A stretch of DNA of 64,000 bases from Dictyostelium discoideum (lineage: Eukaryota). The position numbers were made by a program, and so were the translations under genes. Positions within the stretch are counted from its first letter, which is position 1; every line of letters starts with the position of its first letter. Shown one piece after another: positions 1 to 11,728 of the stretch. The stretch covers positions 3,296,001 to 3,360,000 of the forward strand of contig CM000152.2 of the NCBI GenBank assembly GCA_000004695.1, read 5' to 3'. Under the pieces are notes generated by a model that saw nothing but the letters and a program-made list of their open reading frames with translations, was not told the origin of the DNA and ran no database searches.

Positions 1-1
1 T

Positions 2-736
2 GAATCTAAATGGTTACGTCAAAGTGGTATTGTCATTCTTTTACCTCACGGTTTCGACGGTGCCGGTCCAGAGCATTCAAGTTGTCGTATTGAACGTTTC
101 CTTCAATTGAGTGATACCGAAGCTGTAAATGTCAAAGACGATACATTAATCAATCAAGAGACAAACTTTTACTTTATCAATCCTTCAACTCCTGCAAATT
201 ATTTCCATGCACTTCGTAGACAAATGATTAGAAACTATCGTAAACCATTGATTGTCGCTGGTCCAAAAGTATTATTACGTCATCCAAATTGTTTCTCAAC
301 TTTAAATGAAATGGCACCAGGAACTCATTTCCAAACAGTTTTATCCGATCCTGATACCATCAATAACGCATCCACAATTAAACGTGTCATCTTTTGTAGT
401 GGTAAAGTATTCTATGACCTCCAAGAGGAAAGAAAAGCAAAGAATTTCAATGATGTAGCAATCATTCGTCTTGAACAAATCGCTCCATTCCCATATCAAC
501 GTATTCAAGAAGAAATCAATCGTTATTCAAACGCTACTAAATTCGCTTGGGTTCAAGAAGAACAACAAAATGGTGGTTGTTGGTCATTCGTTGAACCACG
601 TTTCAAACAACGTTATCCACAAACTTCTCAAATTAAATATATTGGTAGACCACCTTTAGCTGCTTCTGCAATTGGTATCTCTTCAATTCATAAAAAAGAA
701 GTTTCTCAATTATTAATTGATGCTTTTAATTTTTAA
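2..736 (+). CDS. ogdh: 2-oxoglutarate dehydrogenase E1 component, C-terminal ~244 aa (5'-partial; continues upstream of the window)
   Basis: Frame 2 is open from position 2 to the TAA at 734-736. The translation ESKWLRQSGIVILLPHGFDGAGPEHSSCRIERFLQL...APGTHFQTV...VIFCSGKVFYDL...IRLEQIAPFPY matches the conserved C-terminus of OGDH E1. Confidence 0.85.
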   Translation, partial: ESKWLRQSGIVILLPHGFDGAGPEHSSCRIERFLQLSDTEAVNVKDDTLINQETNFYFINPSTPANYFHALRRQMIRNYRKPLIVAGPKVLLRHPNCFSTLNEMAPGTHFQTVLSDPDTINNASTIKRVIFCSGKVFYDLQEERKAKNFNDVAIIRLEQIAPFPYQRIQEEINRYSNATKFAWVQEEQQNGGCWSFVEPRFKQRYPQTSQIKYIGRPPLAASAIGISSIHKKEVSQLLIDAFNF

Positions 737-1936
737 AAAATAAAAAAATAAAAAAATAAAAAAATAAAAATAAAAATAAATTATAAATCTTAAAAAAAAA
801 AAAAAGAAAAAAATTTAAATATCTTTTTTTATTTTTATTTTTATTTTTTTTTTTTTATAATTATTTTATTTTCCAGTAAAAAAAAAAAAAAAAAAATATT
901 TGATCCTTAAAATTACATAAAAGGATTTTTTCATGTTTTGTTTTTTATTTTTATTTATTTTTTTATATTTAATAAATAATATAAATTCAAAATACAATTT
1001 CTTCACTATAAATAGAAATGAGTTTTAATAAAACTACTCTTTTCTTACTGTTTAAAAAAATAAAAATTAATATAACCCCCACCACTTTATTTATTATTTT
1101 TTTTACGTATTCTTACTATTGTTTATTTTTTTTATTTTTAATTTTTTTTTTATTTTTTTTAAAAGATTGTGGGGTAACCTTTTTAAGGTTTTTTTTTTTT
1201 TATTTTTTCAAAATTAGTTTTTACAATCTTTCAATTATATAATATATAAAATTTATTTAAATAAAAATAAATAACCTTTTTTTAGAAATTAAAAGTAATA
1301 ATCCTTATATATATTTTTTTTTTAAAAAATAAATAGATTGATTAATTTATCTAATACAAATTTATTAAATTAATTTATTATTTTTTATTTTTTATTTTTT
1401 ATTATAATTAAACCTTATAAAATATAAAAACACATTTTTCTAAAAAATTTTATTTATTTTTTAATTTATTTATTTATTTATTTAATAGTAATAATATTTA
1501 TCAATAATATATTTCAATAAAAAAAAACATAATAATAATAATATTTATAATAATAACAATAATAATCATAATAATAATAAAAAAATAAAAATAAAAATAA
1601 TAATATTTAAATGTTTATAGTATCAATAATTATTAGTTTAAAAAACAATAACAACGAAAACGAGAAACATAATATATTTTAGCATTAAATTAAATTTAGT
1701 TTATTGGTAAGTAATAATAATATTTTGTTTTGTTTGTATGTGTAAGTGGGTGTGTGTTATTGTTATTTTTTTTATTTTTTTTATTTGATAATTTTAAAAA
1801 TCAATGGTGTAATAATTTAACTATCAATTTCATTTTGATTATATTTGTATAATTATTGGTTAATCTAATAAAAACGGAGACATCTAATCATCATCATTTT
1901 AGAAACATAAAATTAAAAATTAAAACATAAAAAATA

Positions 1937-1968
<32 letters not shown>

Positions 1969-2448
1969 CACACACATATACCACATATAACCACACCTAA
2001 TCTACACCACTTAATAATTTTAAATGGTATGGTTTTTTTAAATTCCATATAAAATATATATTTAATTATTATTAAATTTAAAAAATATAAATTAATAATC
2101 AATCATCACATTGTTTTTATTTTTTTTTTTTTTTTTTTTTTTTTTTTGATTTCTTGAATTAATTCTCCACGCATTTTTTATTTATAATAATAAAATCATA
2201 ATAATCACCAAAAATTAAAATTTCATATTAATATTTGGTAATGATGGGTTAAAATTATAAATACAAATAGTTTTTGTTAAAATATAAACCATATTTGTAT
2301 ATTGTGCAATCGGAAATTGGACGTCAGATGTCGTATTTCAAATCAATAATTAAATTAATTTCATTCACACAGCTCCAATTACATTATAGTGTTGTTTTTG
2401 TTTTACTATGGTCATTATTCTAGTTAAAACTTTAATTAATTAAAAAAT

Positions 2449-2512
2449 TTGTGTGTGTGTTTGTGGTTTTTGTTTGTGTTTTGTTTGTGTTTTGTTTGTG
2501 TTTTGTTTGTGT
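2449..2512. repeat. GT-rich tandem repeat: (TG)n followed by about four copies of tgttttgtttg
   Basis: Direct reading: gtgtgtgtgtttgtggtttttgtttgtgttttgtttgtgttttgtttgtgttttgtttgtgtc. Confidence 0.7.
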
Positions 2513-3439
2513 CTCATTGTAACTTTATTTTTGTGGGAAATAAATAATAAAAAACCAATAAAAATAATAATAATAACAACTTTCATAACATTGGGTCCAC
2601 TTTCAAAAGGATAATATTATTTCCATCTATAAAAACATGTTTGAATTTTATTATTTGTAATTAGTATTGTGAATTTTTATATTATTTTAATTTTATTTTA
2701 AATTTCTTTGTTTGATTTTTTTTTTTTTTTTTTTTTTTTAAAAAATATAAATATTTAATATATATTTTTTTATTTTATTTTATTTTATTTTTTTTTAAAA
2801 TCATATATTTTCAATATAATTAAAATAAGATTCAATTTTAAAAATTATCACCAGTCCATTTATTTATTTATAACAAAAAAAAATAAAATAAAAAAAAAAT
2901 TCACATATTATCTATACATTTCTTATTTTTTTAATTAATTTTTTATTTTTTATTTTATATTTTTTTTATTTTTTTTATTTTTTATAATTTCAACAAATAA
3001 AATAAACTCACATAAATTCAATTATTTATTTATTTCCATACCATATTTTTTCATTCAATAAATATTTTATTTAATTAGTATGTAAAAAAAAAAAAAATAA
3101 AAAAAAAATTAAAAAAAATAGAAACAAAATAAAAATTTAACAATAATAGCTAAAATTAAAAAAATTATACAATTGTAAAAAATAAATGTTTATATGTTTT
3201 TTAAGGAAAATAAAAAAAAATATAACAACATTATAATTTTTTTTTTTTTTTTTTTTTTTCAAAGAAGATTTAAAACTAACACTAATTTATTTCATTTAAT
3301 AATTATTATATAATAGAAAAATTAATTTTCAATAGCCATAAAAAAGTTTTACCATATTTATTTATTTCATTTTTAATTTATTAACACCATTATATTTAAA
3401 TATTATTTTTTTAAATTATTTAATTCCATTTTTTATATT

Positions 3440-3478
<39 letters not shown>

Positions 3479-3809
3479 CTTTATTTAATTTGTAAATCAA
3501 AAATTATTATTTTTAAAATTTCATAAAAAAAACATAGTTTAGAATAATAAAAATAATAATAATTAAAATAATAATAATAATAAAAATAATAATAATATAT
3601 AGTTTATAAGTTTTATTTTTTCATTAAAATTATTTAAAAATATAAATTTGTTTTATTATTCCAAAAAAAAAAAAAAACTTATTTATATAAATATTTTATA
3701 ATATAAAAGACAGATTAATTAATTTGATTATAAAAATCAAATTAATATAATCAATTAAAACATCTCTATTCATATAAATTTTTGTGCATTATTTTATAAT
3801 TTTTAAAAA

Positions 3810-4006
3810 ATGACAAAAATGTTTCTTTCTTCAAAGAAAAAGAAATCAACAATTGAAACTTCAGATAAGAAGTATGGAGATGTAAAGTGTCTTAATAATA
3901 ATAAAATAAATAATACTGGTGTTGATATTGATCAACCGATGAAAAAAATAAATCATCAAAATAGTTTTAATAATATAGTTGAAATTCAACAACAACAACA
4001 ACAATT

Positions 4007-4053
<47 letters not shown>

Positions 4054-4499
4054 ATCCAGGTTACTCAGTTGATCAATCAATAGTTTTACAAAATAAAAAT
4101 TTTAATTCAAAAAGTCAGTTTGCTGGAGCATCTGAAATATATGGTAATAATAATATGGATAAGTCACCACCTGTTGCCAATAAACCATTTGAACAAAAAC
4201 ATCATAGTTTAAAAAAAATGTTTAAAAGAGTTTTAGATTTCAATAAAAAGAAAGATGTTGACCCTAAATTGGATGAATTTTTGAAATTGGTCGATTATCA
4301 TAGAGAATTTTTCAAGAGAAGTCCAGAAATTGATAGATATGTTATGACATTGGCATTTATATATATTAAGAAAGCTTTTCCTAATGATACTTTAATTTCA
4401 AATGAATTATTTTTTTATTCTTTATATTTAGCTTGGGTAAGTTTTTAATTTATTATTATTATTATTATTATTGTTAATATTATTATTTTTTATTAATTA

Positions 4500-4538
<39 letters not shown>

Positions 4539-4837
4539 TTTCTAAAAAATAGGAAACTGAAGAAGATTCTACATTGGGTTTAGAAAGTATTATTCATTAT
4601 ATAATTGGAAGTTATCCGTCATCAAAGAATAAAGATAAAAATCAAAGAAAACAAGAAATTATTGAATGGAGAATGAGATTAAGACAGTTCCATACTGGAA
4701 AAGATATTTTATGGAGAGCATTAGATTATAAAACAGTTGTCGATTTTCCACATATTCAAAAAACAATTAAAGCTTTTCCAAATCACGATATTTTAAAAAG
4801 AGAAAGAACTTCAACAACTTCAATTAAATTCTTTTAA
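3810..4837 (+). CDS. Speedy/RINGO-family cell-cycle regulator with a poly-Q N-terminus. Exons 3810..4436 and 4553..4837; intron 4437..4552, GTAAGT...AG.
   Basis: ATG at 3810. Exon 1 ends in phase 0 before a GTAAGT donor at 4437. The (T)n-rich intron ends at AG 4551-4552. The joined protein carries a RINGO-box signature: DRYVMTLAFIYIKKA...LYLAWETEED...EIIEWRMRL...DILWRALDYKTVV (compare SPDYA DRYLLAMTFVYF...MYLAHDMEED...DQLWARMKYRAAV). Confidence 0.65.
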
Positions 4838-5386
4838 AACATAATTTGATAATAATAATAATAATAATAATAATAATATAAAAAAATATATATATTTTTA
4901 TAATAAAGATTAAAAAAAAAAAAAAAAAAAAAAAAAAATAATAATAATGATAATAATAATAATAATACATAAACAATAATTAACAGAAACATAATATGGT
5001 AAAAATATTTGTATTTATAATAATAAAAATAATTCTTATTTATTAAAATGTATTTATTGTTTAGAAAAATTAAAAAATTGTAAATTATCAATTAAATTGA
5101 TTGTATAATTTCAAAACAAAAAAAAAATAGAAAAAAAAAAAATAATAAAAAAAATTTATATACATTCATTTGTATAAATAAAAAAAAAAAAGAAAAAAAG
5201 TTTTGTTTTCAAAAGGTTTTTTTTTTTTTTATTATTATTATTAAAGTTAAACTATTTTGAATTGGCGTAATATAATAAAAAATTATTTTTGTTTATTTAT
5301 TTATTTATTTTTTATTTATATAAATTAAATTTACAATAATGATGGTTTATAATAAACGTATTTACAATAGCATGTGATGCAGTTGT

Positions 5387-5565
5387 ATAGAGTATTTATA
5401 AATGACTTTAATAATATGTCGAACCAAGAGAAAAGGAAATCCTTATTTGGCTTTGATGTTGTGAGGCCATAGTAACGCAGAAGTAACATATCTATCTATC
5501 TGAATCTGAATTGGTTACCAATTCAATTGAATCTTTAAGCTATATTTCCTAATTTTTTTCTATAA

Positions 5566-5596
<31 letters not shown>

Positions 5597-5626
5597 AGAA
5601 AAAAATAAGTGTGATGAAAAGTAATT
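5387..5626. repeat. Left arm of a ~240-bp inverted repeat, paired with 7255..7496 (~90% identity)
   Basis: The reverse complement of 5387-5626 aligns with 7255-7496. For example, atagagtatttataaatgactttaataatatgtcgaaccaagagaaaaggaaa on the plus strand at 5387 matches the complement of 7443-7496. The arm contains a 31-codon pseudo-ORF, MQLYRVFINDFNNMSNQEKRKSLFGFDVVRP*, that copies the PRP6-like C-terminus. Confidence 0.8.
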
Positions 5627-5793
5627 TTTATGGGTCGTTAAAAAAATATACTGAAGTTATTAATTATTAATATGAAATAACAACACATTGAAATAATAAA
5701 TTTAATAGTTTTTTTATTTAGAAAAAGCCATTGATGATTATTATTATTATTATTATTAATCAATAAATTCAAAAGGAATAAAATTAAAAGTGA

Positions 5794-5824
<31 letters not shown>

Positions 5825-5989
5825 AAATAAAGGTAATAATTTGGATAATATAGAAACAGATTTTAAAAGGTAATTAATTTTTTAATATAGAAAAACCTAT
5901 TTTAGATAATATAAAAACTACAACTTATTGTTTAAACAAAAAAGCTCACAATATTAATTTTTTTTTTATTTTTTTTTTTTTAATATTAC

Positions 5990-6355
5990 AAAAAATTTAT
6001 AAAAGGTATCTTGATCTGGATCATCTGTGTCATCAGTATCATCAGTGTCATCTACCTTATCAACTTTATAATTTTCAAGATCTTGAGGACCAGTGCATGC
6101 TACAGTATAACGATGTGGACAAAGAATTTGACCATCAATATACTCATTATACTAACCAAAAAAGTGACAGTACTTTCTTGATTCATTTCTTTCTTTAGAC
6201 TCATGAACGCATTCAATAATTGAACGATTGTAATCTAAATGTGAGAGCGGTTGTTCAGTTAGAAGTCTCCCTTCGTTCTTGTGCACGCCATCTACACCTC
6301 TTGAAGTATTTTGTAAATATAGTTTCTTTAATTTTCCAAATCTTGTATTAAACAT
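5990..6355 (-). pseudogene. Minus-strand ORF interrupted by an in-frame TAG (6152-6154). It encodes a Cys/His-containing small protein with an acidic DDTDDTDD tail, of unknown family.
   Basis: The ORF-track ORF 6152..6355 (MFNTRFGKLKKLYLQNTSRGVDGVHKNEGRLLTEQPLSHLDYNRSIIECVHESKERNESRKYCHFFG*) continues in the same frame after the TAG as YNEYIDGQILCPHRYTVACTGPQDLENYKVDKVDDTDDTDDTDDPDQDTF. There is no Dictyostelium-size intron around the stop. Its GC content is clearly above the intergenic background. Confidence 0.35.
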
Positions 6356-7254
6356 AAAGCCTATTATTTAATTTAATTTCTTGTATGATATGTGCACATA
6401 TTACCTCACCCAATTACCAACCTTCAAACTAAAGTACAAGATTTTTGTGATGATATTCATTATGGAGAGGATAATAAGAGGTATTACAACACAATCAAAA
6501 ATGGGAAGCCATTTGTTTTTCCTTAAATTAAAAATAGTATTGTCATTAATCAACACATTGAAAATGTTTATGAATACCATTTATTGGATCATCAGTTGTA
6601 TTCTTGCAAGAATATTTCTCCAAAACTAGTAAAACTCTCCTACAGGAAAAAGTAGGACAGCCACTTTAAATAATTTTAAGTTTGTACAGGCAGGAGACAT
6701 TTTATTTACTAATGTATGCCCCATTATTCATTCTTATGAAAATAATTATCAAGAGCCACAATCAGAAGCTCAAAATTTAGTCTTCTTTTCAATTTTGAAT
6801 ATTCTATAAGCAAATCCATCTGTAATCATTATTTCAGGTTCAATATCTTTATATCATTTCAAAGAAGCTCTATATAAAATCGAAAATATCCAGTGGGACA
6901 ATGATTCAATCACTATCAATTGTAAGAAAATTATGTAGTTAAAGATTAAACACCTATGTATGCAAGAATCTATAAATCAATTAGATAATAAGCTAAAAAT
7001 ATTTTTTCAATTATACTAATAGTTTATTTAAAAAATTATATTATTTTTGTTAAATCATAATAATAATAATAATAATAATAATAATATTGAAAAGTTGATA
7101 TTTTAAAAAAAATAATTGTATTTAAAAAATTAAAACTCATAAATATGCCTTTTATTTCTTCTGAAGGATAAACCAATTGGTTAATCAGTATTAAAAAAAA
7201 AAAAAAAAAAAGATAATAATATTAATAACTTAAATATATTTTTTTAGCAACTCA

Positions 7255-7278
7255 CGAAAATTACTTTTCATCACACTT

Positions 7279-7310
<32 letters not shown>

Positions 7311-7496
7311 TTTATTGAAAAATATTAGGAAATATAACTAACTTAAAGATCTAATTGAATTGGTAACCAATTCAAATTAAGATAGATAGATATGTTACTT
7401 CTGAGGTTACTATGGCTTCACAACATCAGAGCCAAAGAGGGCTTTCCTTTTCTCTTGGTTCGACATATTATTAAAGTCATTTCTAAATACTCTATT
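7255..7496. repeat. Right arm of the inverted repeat. It overlaps the last 87 nt of the PRP6-like CDS and about 155 nt of its 3' flank.
   Basis: See the left arm at 5387..5626. This copy sits in the intact gene context and is continuous with CDS exon 7410..7886. Confidence 0.8.
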
Positions 7497-7891
7497 CAAT
7501 GATAAAACACCATCTGAACCAACCCAACATGAACCATATTCAGGTTTTTTTTCTTCAAGATATTGTTCTTTTGGTTGTGTCATTTCGAGTAATAATTTTT
7601 TAGCATTTCTCAATACTTGTCTACTGCTATCTAAAACGCAAACTGTACAATGAAGCCACATAAATCCATAATTTGGATCAGCATTGATACAAAGTTGTTC
7701 CAATTTTGAAATATCACAATTTGGACCTTTCTCCATAATCTCTAAACGAAGTAGTTCAATAAATGAATCTCCAAATTGTGGTGTAAATTGAATTGCAAAT
7801 TCTAAAAATCTTCTGGCTTCTCTTAGTTCATTATTATTTAATGCAATTCTAGCGCCTTCACACCAAACCTCACCAGATTTTGGTACCTAAT

Positions 7892-7934
<43 letters not shown>

Positions 7935-10111
7935 ATGTTAATTCATTTATATATTTTATTATAAATTTGATTTTTTTTAAAACAATGGTGGTTGATATTG
8001 TTATATTATTTTTAAACTTACAAATTGTAAAGCTTTCTTAAAAACATTTAATTGTGATTTAACACCTTTTAATTGATTTAATTGAATAAGAGCAGCCCAT
8101 AGTCTACCAGCACCACTATGAATTTTTAAAGATTCTTTTGCTTCTTTAATTGCTGCTTCATAATTGTTTGCTCTCATTTCAAGTAATACACTTTCTAAAA
8201 ATACTTTCCAATCTAAACGTGCTTCTACATGAGCCATCTTTAAAATTCTACGTGATTTATTAATGTTACCTGCATATTCCTCTAATCTTGAATATTCCAA
8301 TAATACCAATGATCTTAATTTGGATGGTACCTCCTCTAGAGCACGGAAAACCAATTTTCTAGCTATACAAATATTATCAGCATTTAATTCTGTTCTGCTA
8401 CCACCTAACCAAACTTTCCATAATAAATTCTCTGGACAAAGCTCGACACTCTTTACATAGGCAGCTCTAGAGAGTGTTAAATTTTTTGAACGTTCTTCAA
8501 TTTGAGCTGCTTCGAAATAGATTTTCCAAGTTACTTCACGTGATACAGCTTGTCTAGCACGTTCAACGGTATTACGAGTTGATTGAAGGAAACCATGACT
8601 AGTTTTCTCATATAGACGTAATGCACTAAACCAAAGTGGACCATATTTTGGATCTTCAAATAAACCTTTCTCTACAATGTTAATGGCACGTTCATACTCT
8701 TCACATCTCTCTTCAAGTTTATAAGCTTCTTGATAGATTGGACCATACCAAGGTACATGTTTCATGAGATATTTAAAGATCTTTCTAGCAACATCAATAT
8801 TACCAGCACGAGCCTCCAATAAACCACCCTCCATTACAGCTCTCCAAGTTTTATAGATTGATTGATCACGTAGTTGAGAAAGTAATGCTCTTGCTCCCTC
8901 TAAATTATCCATTTTCTCTTCATGACGAATACCTTTAATCAATAAACTCTCATTGAATGGACAATGTTTAAGACCCAATTGAAGTATCTTTTGACATTTC
9001 TCAAGACGACCATAATCTTCCTCCATTTTAGCATACTCTAACCAACCTTGACTAATATAGGGTTGAGTACTTGTAACCTTTCTATAGAATTTACGAGCCA
9101 ACTTAAGGTTATTTTGACGGTTAGCCAAATCTGCCAATTCTAAATAAACTCTCCAATGAACTTTTTCTGGTAAAACACTTAATGATTGAAAAGCAAATTC
9201 CATTGCAATCTCTAATCCTTCTTTTTCTTTTAATTTAAATTGTTTAATAAAGTGTTTATATTGTTGTTTAGAAACTGGACTCTCTACCAATTCACCTCTT
9301 TTAGATTCATTTGGTGGTGGTTTAGAATGATTAACTGTTGTTAATAACTCTTCATTATCTGAATCATTATTAATAATATTAATATTTGTTTGATTATTAA
9401 TTGTTGTAACATTATTTGTATTATTATTATGTTGTTGTTGTTGTCTTTGATTTGAAGTTGGTGGTTGTTGTTGTTGTGGTTGTTGTGATTGTTGTAGAAG
9501 AGGTGATTGAGTTGTTGATGTTTGTACATTTTGTTGTTGTTGTTGTTGTTGTTGTGTAGATTGTTGAGTTTGATTTTGTTTTTGATGTTGATTTTTGTGA
9601 TTTGGATGTGACTGATTATGGTGTTGGTTATGATGTTGGTTATGTTGATTATGTTGATGTTGGCCATGATGTTGGCTATGTTGATTGTGTTGATGTTGGC
9701 CATGGTGTTGATTATGTTGATGTTGACCATGATGTTGATTGTGTTGATGTTGACCATGGTGTTGATTATGTTGATGTTGACCATGGTGTTGCATTCANNN
9801 NNNNNNNNNNNNNNNNNNNNNNNNNNNNNNNNNNNNNNNNNNNNNNNNNNNNNNNNNNNNNNNNNNNNNNNNNNNNNNNNNNNNNNNNNNNNNNNNNGTG
9901 GTGATTGTTGTTGGTTATTGTTTAAAATCGGTTGATAGTAATACTTTGGATAGTGTTGTTGATTTTGTTGTTGATTTTGTTGTTGATTCTGTTGTTGGTT
10001 TTGTTGTTGATTTTGTTGTTGCTGTTGCTGTTGCTGTTGTTGCTGTTGCTGTTGCTGTTGCTGTTGTATTTGCATTTGCATTTGTAACATTTGTTGGTGT
10101 TGTAAGAGGCT

Positions 10112-10151
<40 letters not shown>

Positions 10152-10667
10152 ATTGGGTTTTGTTGCATTGAGTTTTGTTGTAATTGAATAGGTGGTGGTT
10201 TTACAACACTTGACCAATGATCTCTATTTGATGTTACAGTTGATTTAATTTGTTGATTATTTAAATATACAAGGTTTTGTGTTTGTTGTTGTTGTTGTTG
10301 TTGTCTTTGTTGTTGTTGTTGTAACATTGCTTGGGTGTGATTTGTTGAGGTTGATTGATCAGGTTGTAAAGATGGACTCCAATTGAATCCATTAACACCA
10401 GCATCAAATGACATATTTTGATAACTACCAGTGCTAGTATTTAATTTTTGTTGTTGTCTATAATTATTTGTGTTAATATTATTGTTATTATTGTTGCCAC
10501 TATAAATATCACCCAAAACTGGTGATGAAATTGGTGCATTTAATGGTGAAACTGATGGATTGGCAATATATTGAGGTGTTGGTGGTGTTTGATCAATTTT
10601 AATAATACCATTGATTGACGTATTTTGTTGTTGCTGTTGTTGCTGTTGCTGTTGTTGCTGTTGTTGC

Positions 10668-10729
<62 letters not shown>

Positions 10730-11151
10730 TTGTGTATAGAAAAATGGTGAAATTGGTGAAGGGGAAGATTTTAATTTTAATTTTTGTTGTTGTTGTTGTA
10801 ATTGTTGTTGTCTTGAAACTATTGAAGAATTTGTACTTGGTAAACCATTTATATTTCTCTCAGAGAATGGATGAAAGAAGTAATTTGGATTTCCAAATGA
10901 AATCTCTTCACCATCACTTAATCTCTCTAAAGATCTTTGAAGTAATTGTTGTTGTTCATCCAATAGTTTATCATCTTCCTCATCTATATCACCACTTCCA
11001 TTATTTATACTGATTCCATTGATGCTACTAATACCATTCATACCAAAACTAACATCATTAATCATCATATTACTACCACTACTACTTGTCATACCATTTA
11101 CTATTGGACTCACGATTCTCTGTGCATGATGACTATTTGTTATTAAACTAC

Positions 11152-11250
<99 letters not shown>

Positions 11251-11307
11251 TATTATTATTGTTGTTGATATTAAAATGTTGTTGTTGTTGTTCATGATAA
11301 TATTGTT

Positions 11308-11338
<31 letters not shown>

Positions 11339-11483
11339 GTTATAATATCCTCTATTTCCACCTCTAATAATATTAACATTATCTATTTGGTTATCATCTA
11401 TATCATATAAATTACCATGGGTAATACTGGTGTTGCTATTGTTATGAACATAGCTAAATGTTGGGGATATATATTGTTGTGGG

Positions 11484-11529
<46 letters not shown>

Positions 11530-11728
11530 GATGATGTTGTTGTTGATGATGTTGTTGTTGTTGATGTTGTTGATGATAATTGCCACCAAATCTAACTTGA
11601 TTGAACTGTGTTGTATGTTGCTGTTGTTGTTGTTGTACTTGAGTATTATTTTGTTGTTGGTGGTGATGCTGTTGTTGATTTAACATCATCCTACCAAAAG
11701 AATAGGATAGAGAGTCTTCGTTATTCAT
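7410..11728 (-). CDS. PRP6-like HAT/TPR-repeat protein with a very long Q/N/H-rich low-complexity N-terminus. Exons 11728..(gap)..8022 and 7886..7410; intron 8021..7887.
   Basis: ATG at 11728 (MNNEDSLSYSFGRMM...). After the N-gap the frame of ORF 8001..9794 carries (HGQHQHNQH)n and then HAT repeats (VHWRVYLELADLANRQNNLKLARKFYRKV...). A GTAAGT donor at 8021-8016 and an AG at 7888-7887 join in phase 0 to give VPKSGEVWCEGARIALNN...CINADPNYGFMWLHC. The C-terminal architecture parallels PRPF6 (LESVLLE..., ALQFVPKSG, ...AEPRHGELWC). The true frame across the gap cannot be verified. Confidence 0.6.
9600..9786 (-). repeat. 27-nt in-frame tandem repeat (about 7 copies) encoding HGQHQHNQH
   Basis: Direct reading shows repeating caccatggtcaacatcaacataatcaa units (seen as their plus-strand complement). 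The repeat runs into the N-gap. Confidence 0.85.
9787..9897. other. Assembly gap of 111 N inside the coding tandem repeats of the PRP6-like gene
   Basis: Literal run of N. It is flanked on the left by a 27-nt tandem repeat encoding HGQHQHNQH (9600-9786) and on the right by (CAA/CAG)n. Confidence 0.99.

Noticed and set aside
1018-2102. ORF-track ORFs 1018..1242 (+) and 1920..2102 (-)
   Set aside because: Translations are pure F/L/I/Y/K low-complexity read through A/T homopolymers. There is no start context and no codon structure. This is intergenic desert.
4834-5091. Minus-strand ORF 4834..5091
   Set aside because: Poly-Y/F/L reading of (AAT)n/(A)n immediately after the Speedy-like stop codon. 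It is not coding.
6381-6629. Plus-strand ORF 6381..6629 inside the inverted-repeat cassette
   Set aside because: The hydrophobic/low-complexity translation starts with ATG but has no recognisable features. It is probably a chance ORF, so I left it unannotated rather than calling a CDS.
7459-7470. tRNA T-loop-like string GGTTCGAC
   Set aside because: It is followed by ATATTATT rather than the TCC of a T-stem and has no acceptor/D/anticodon arms around it. It lies inside coding sequence (…QEKRK…). I found no tRNA genes in the window.
8263-11683. Multiple overlapping ORFs on both strands (8263..8460, 9602..9904, 9618..9935, 9898..10191, 9915..10217, 10615..11013, 11086..11268, 11143..11379, 11398..11589, 11417..11683)
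   Set aside because: These are out-of-frame or antisense readings of the CAA/CAG/AAT/CAT repeats of the PRP6-like gene (poly-V, poly-L, poly-Y, poly-I, poly-T artefacts). Two of them also run through the N-gap.
9341-11728. Treating ORF 9341..11728 as one uninterrupted 795-aa protein
   Set aside because: Its 3' third (after the X-run) is the wrong-frame translation of the (HGQHQHNQH)n region. The real coding frame switches to that of ORF 8001..9794 somewhere in the unsequenced gap.
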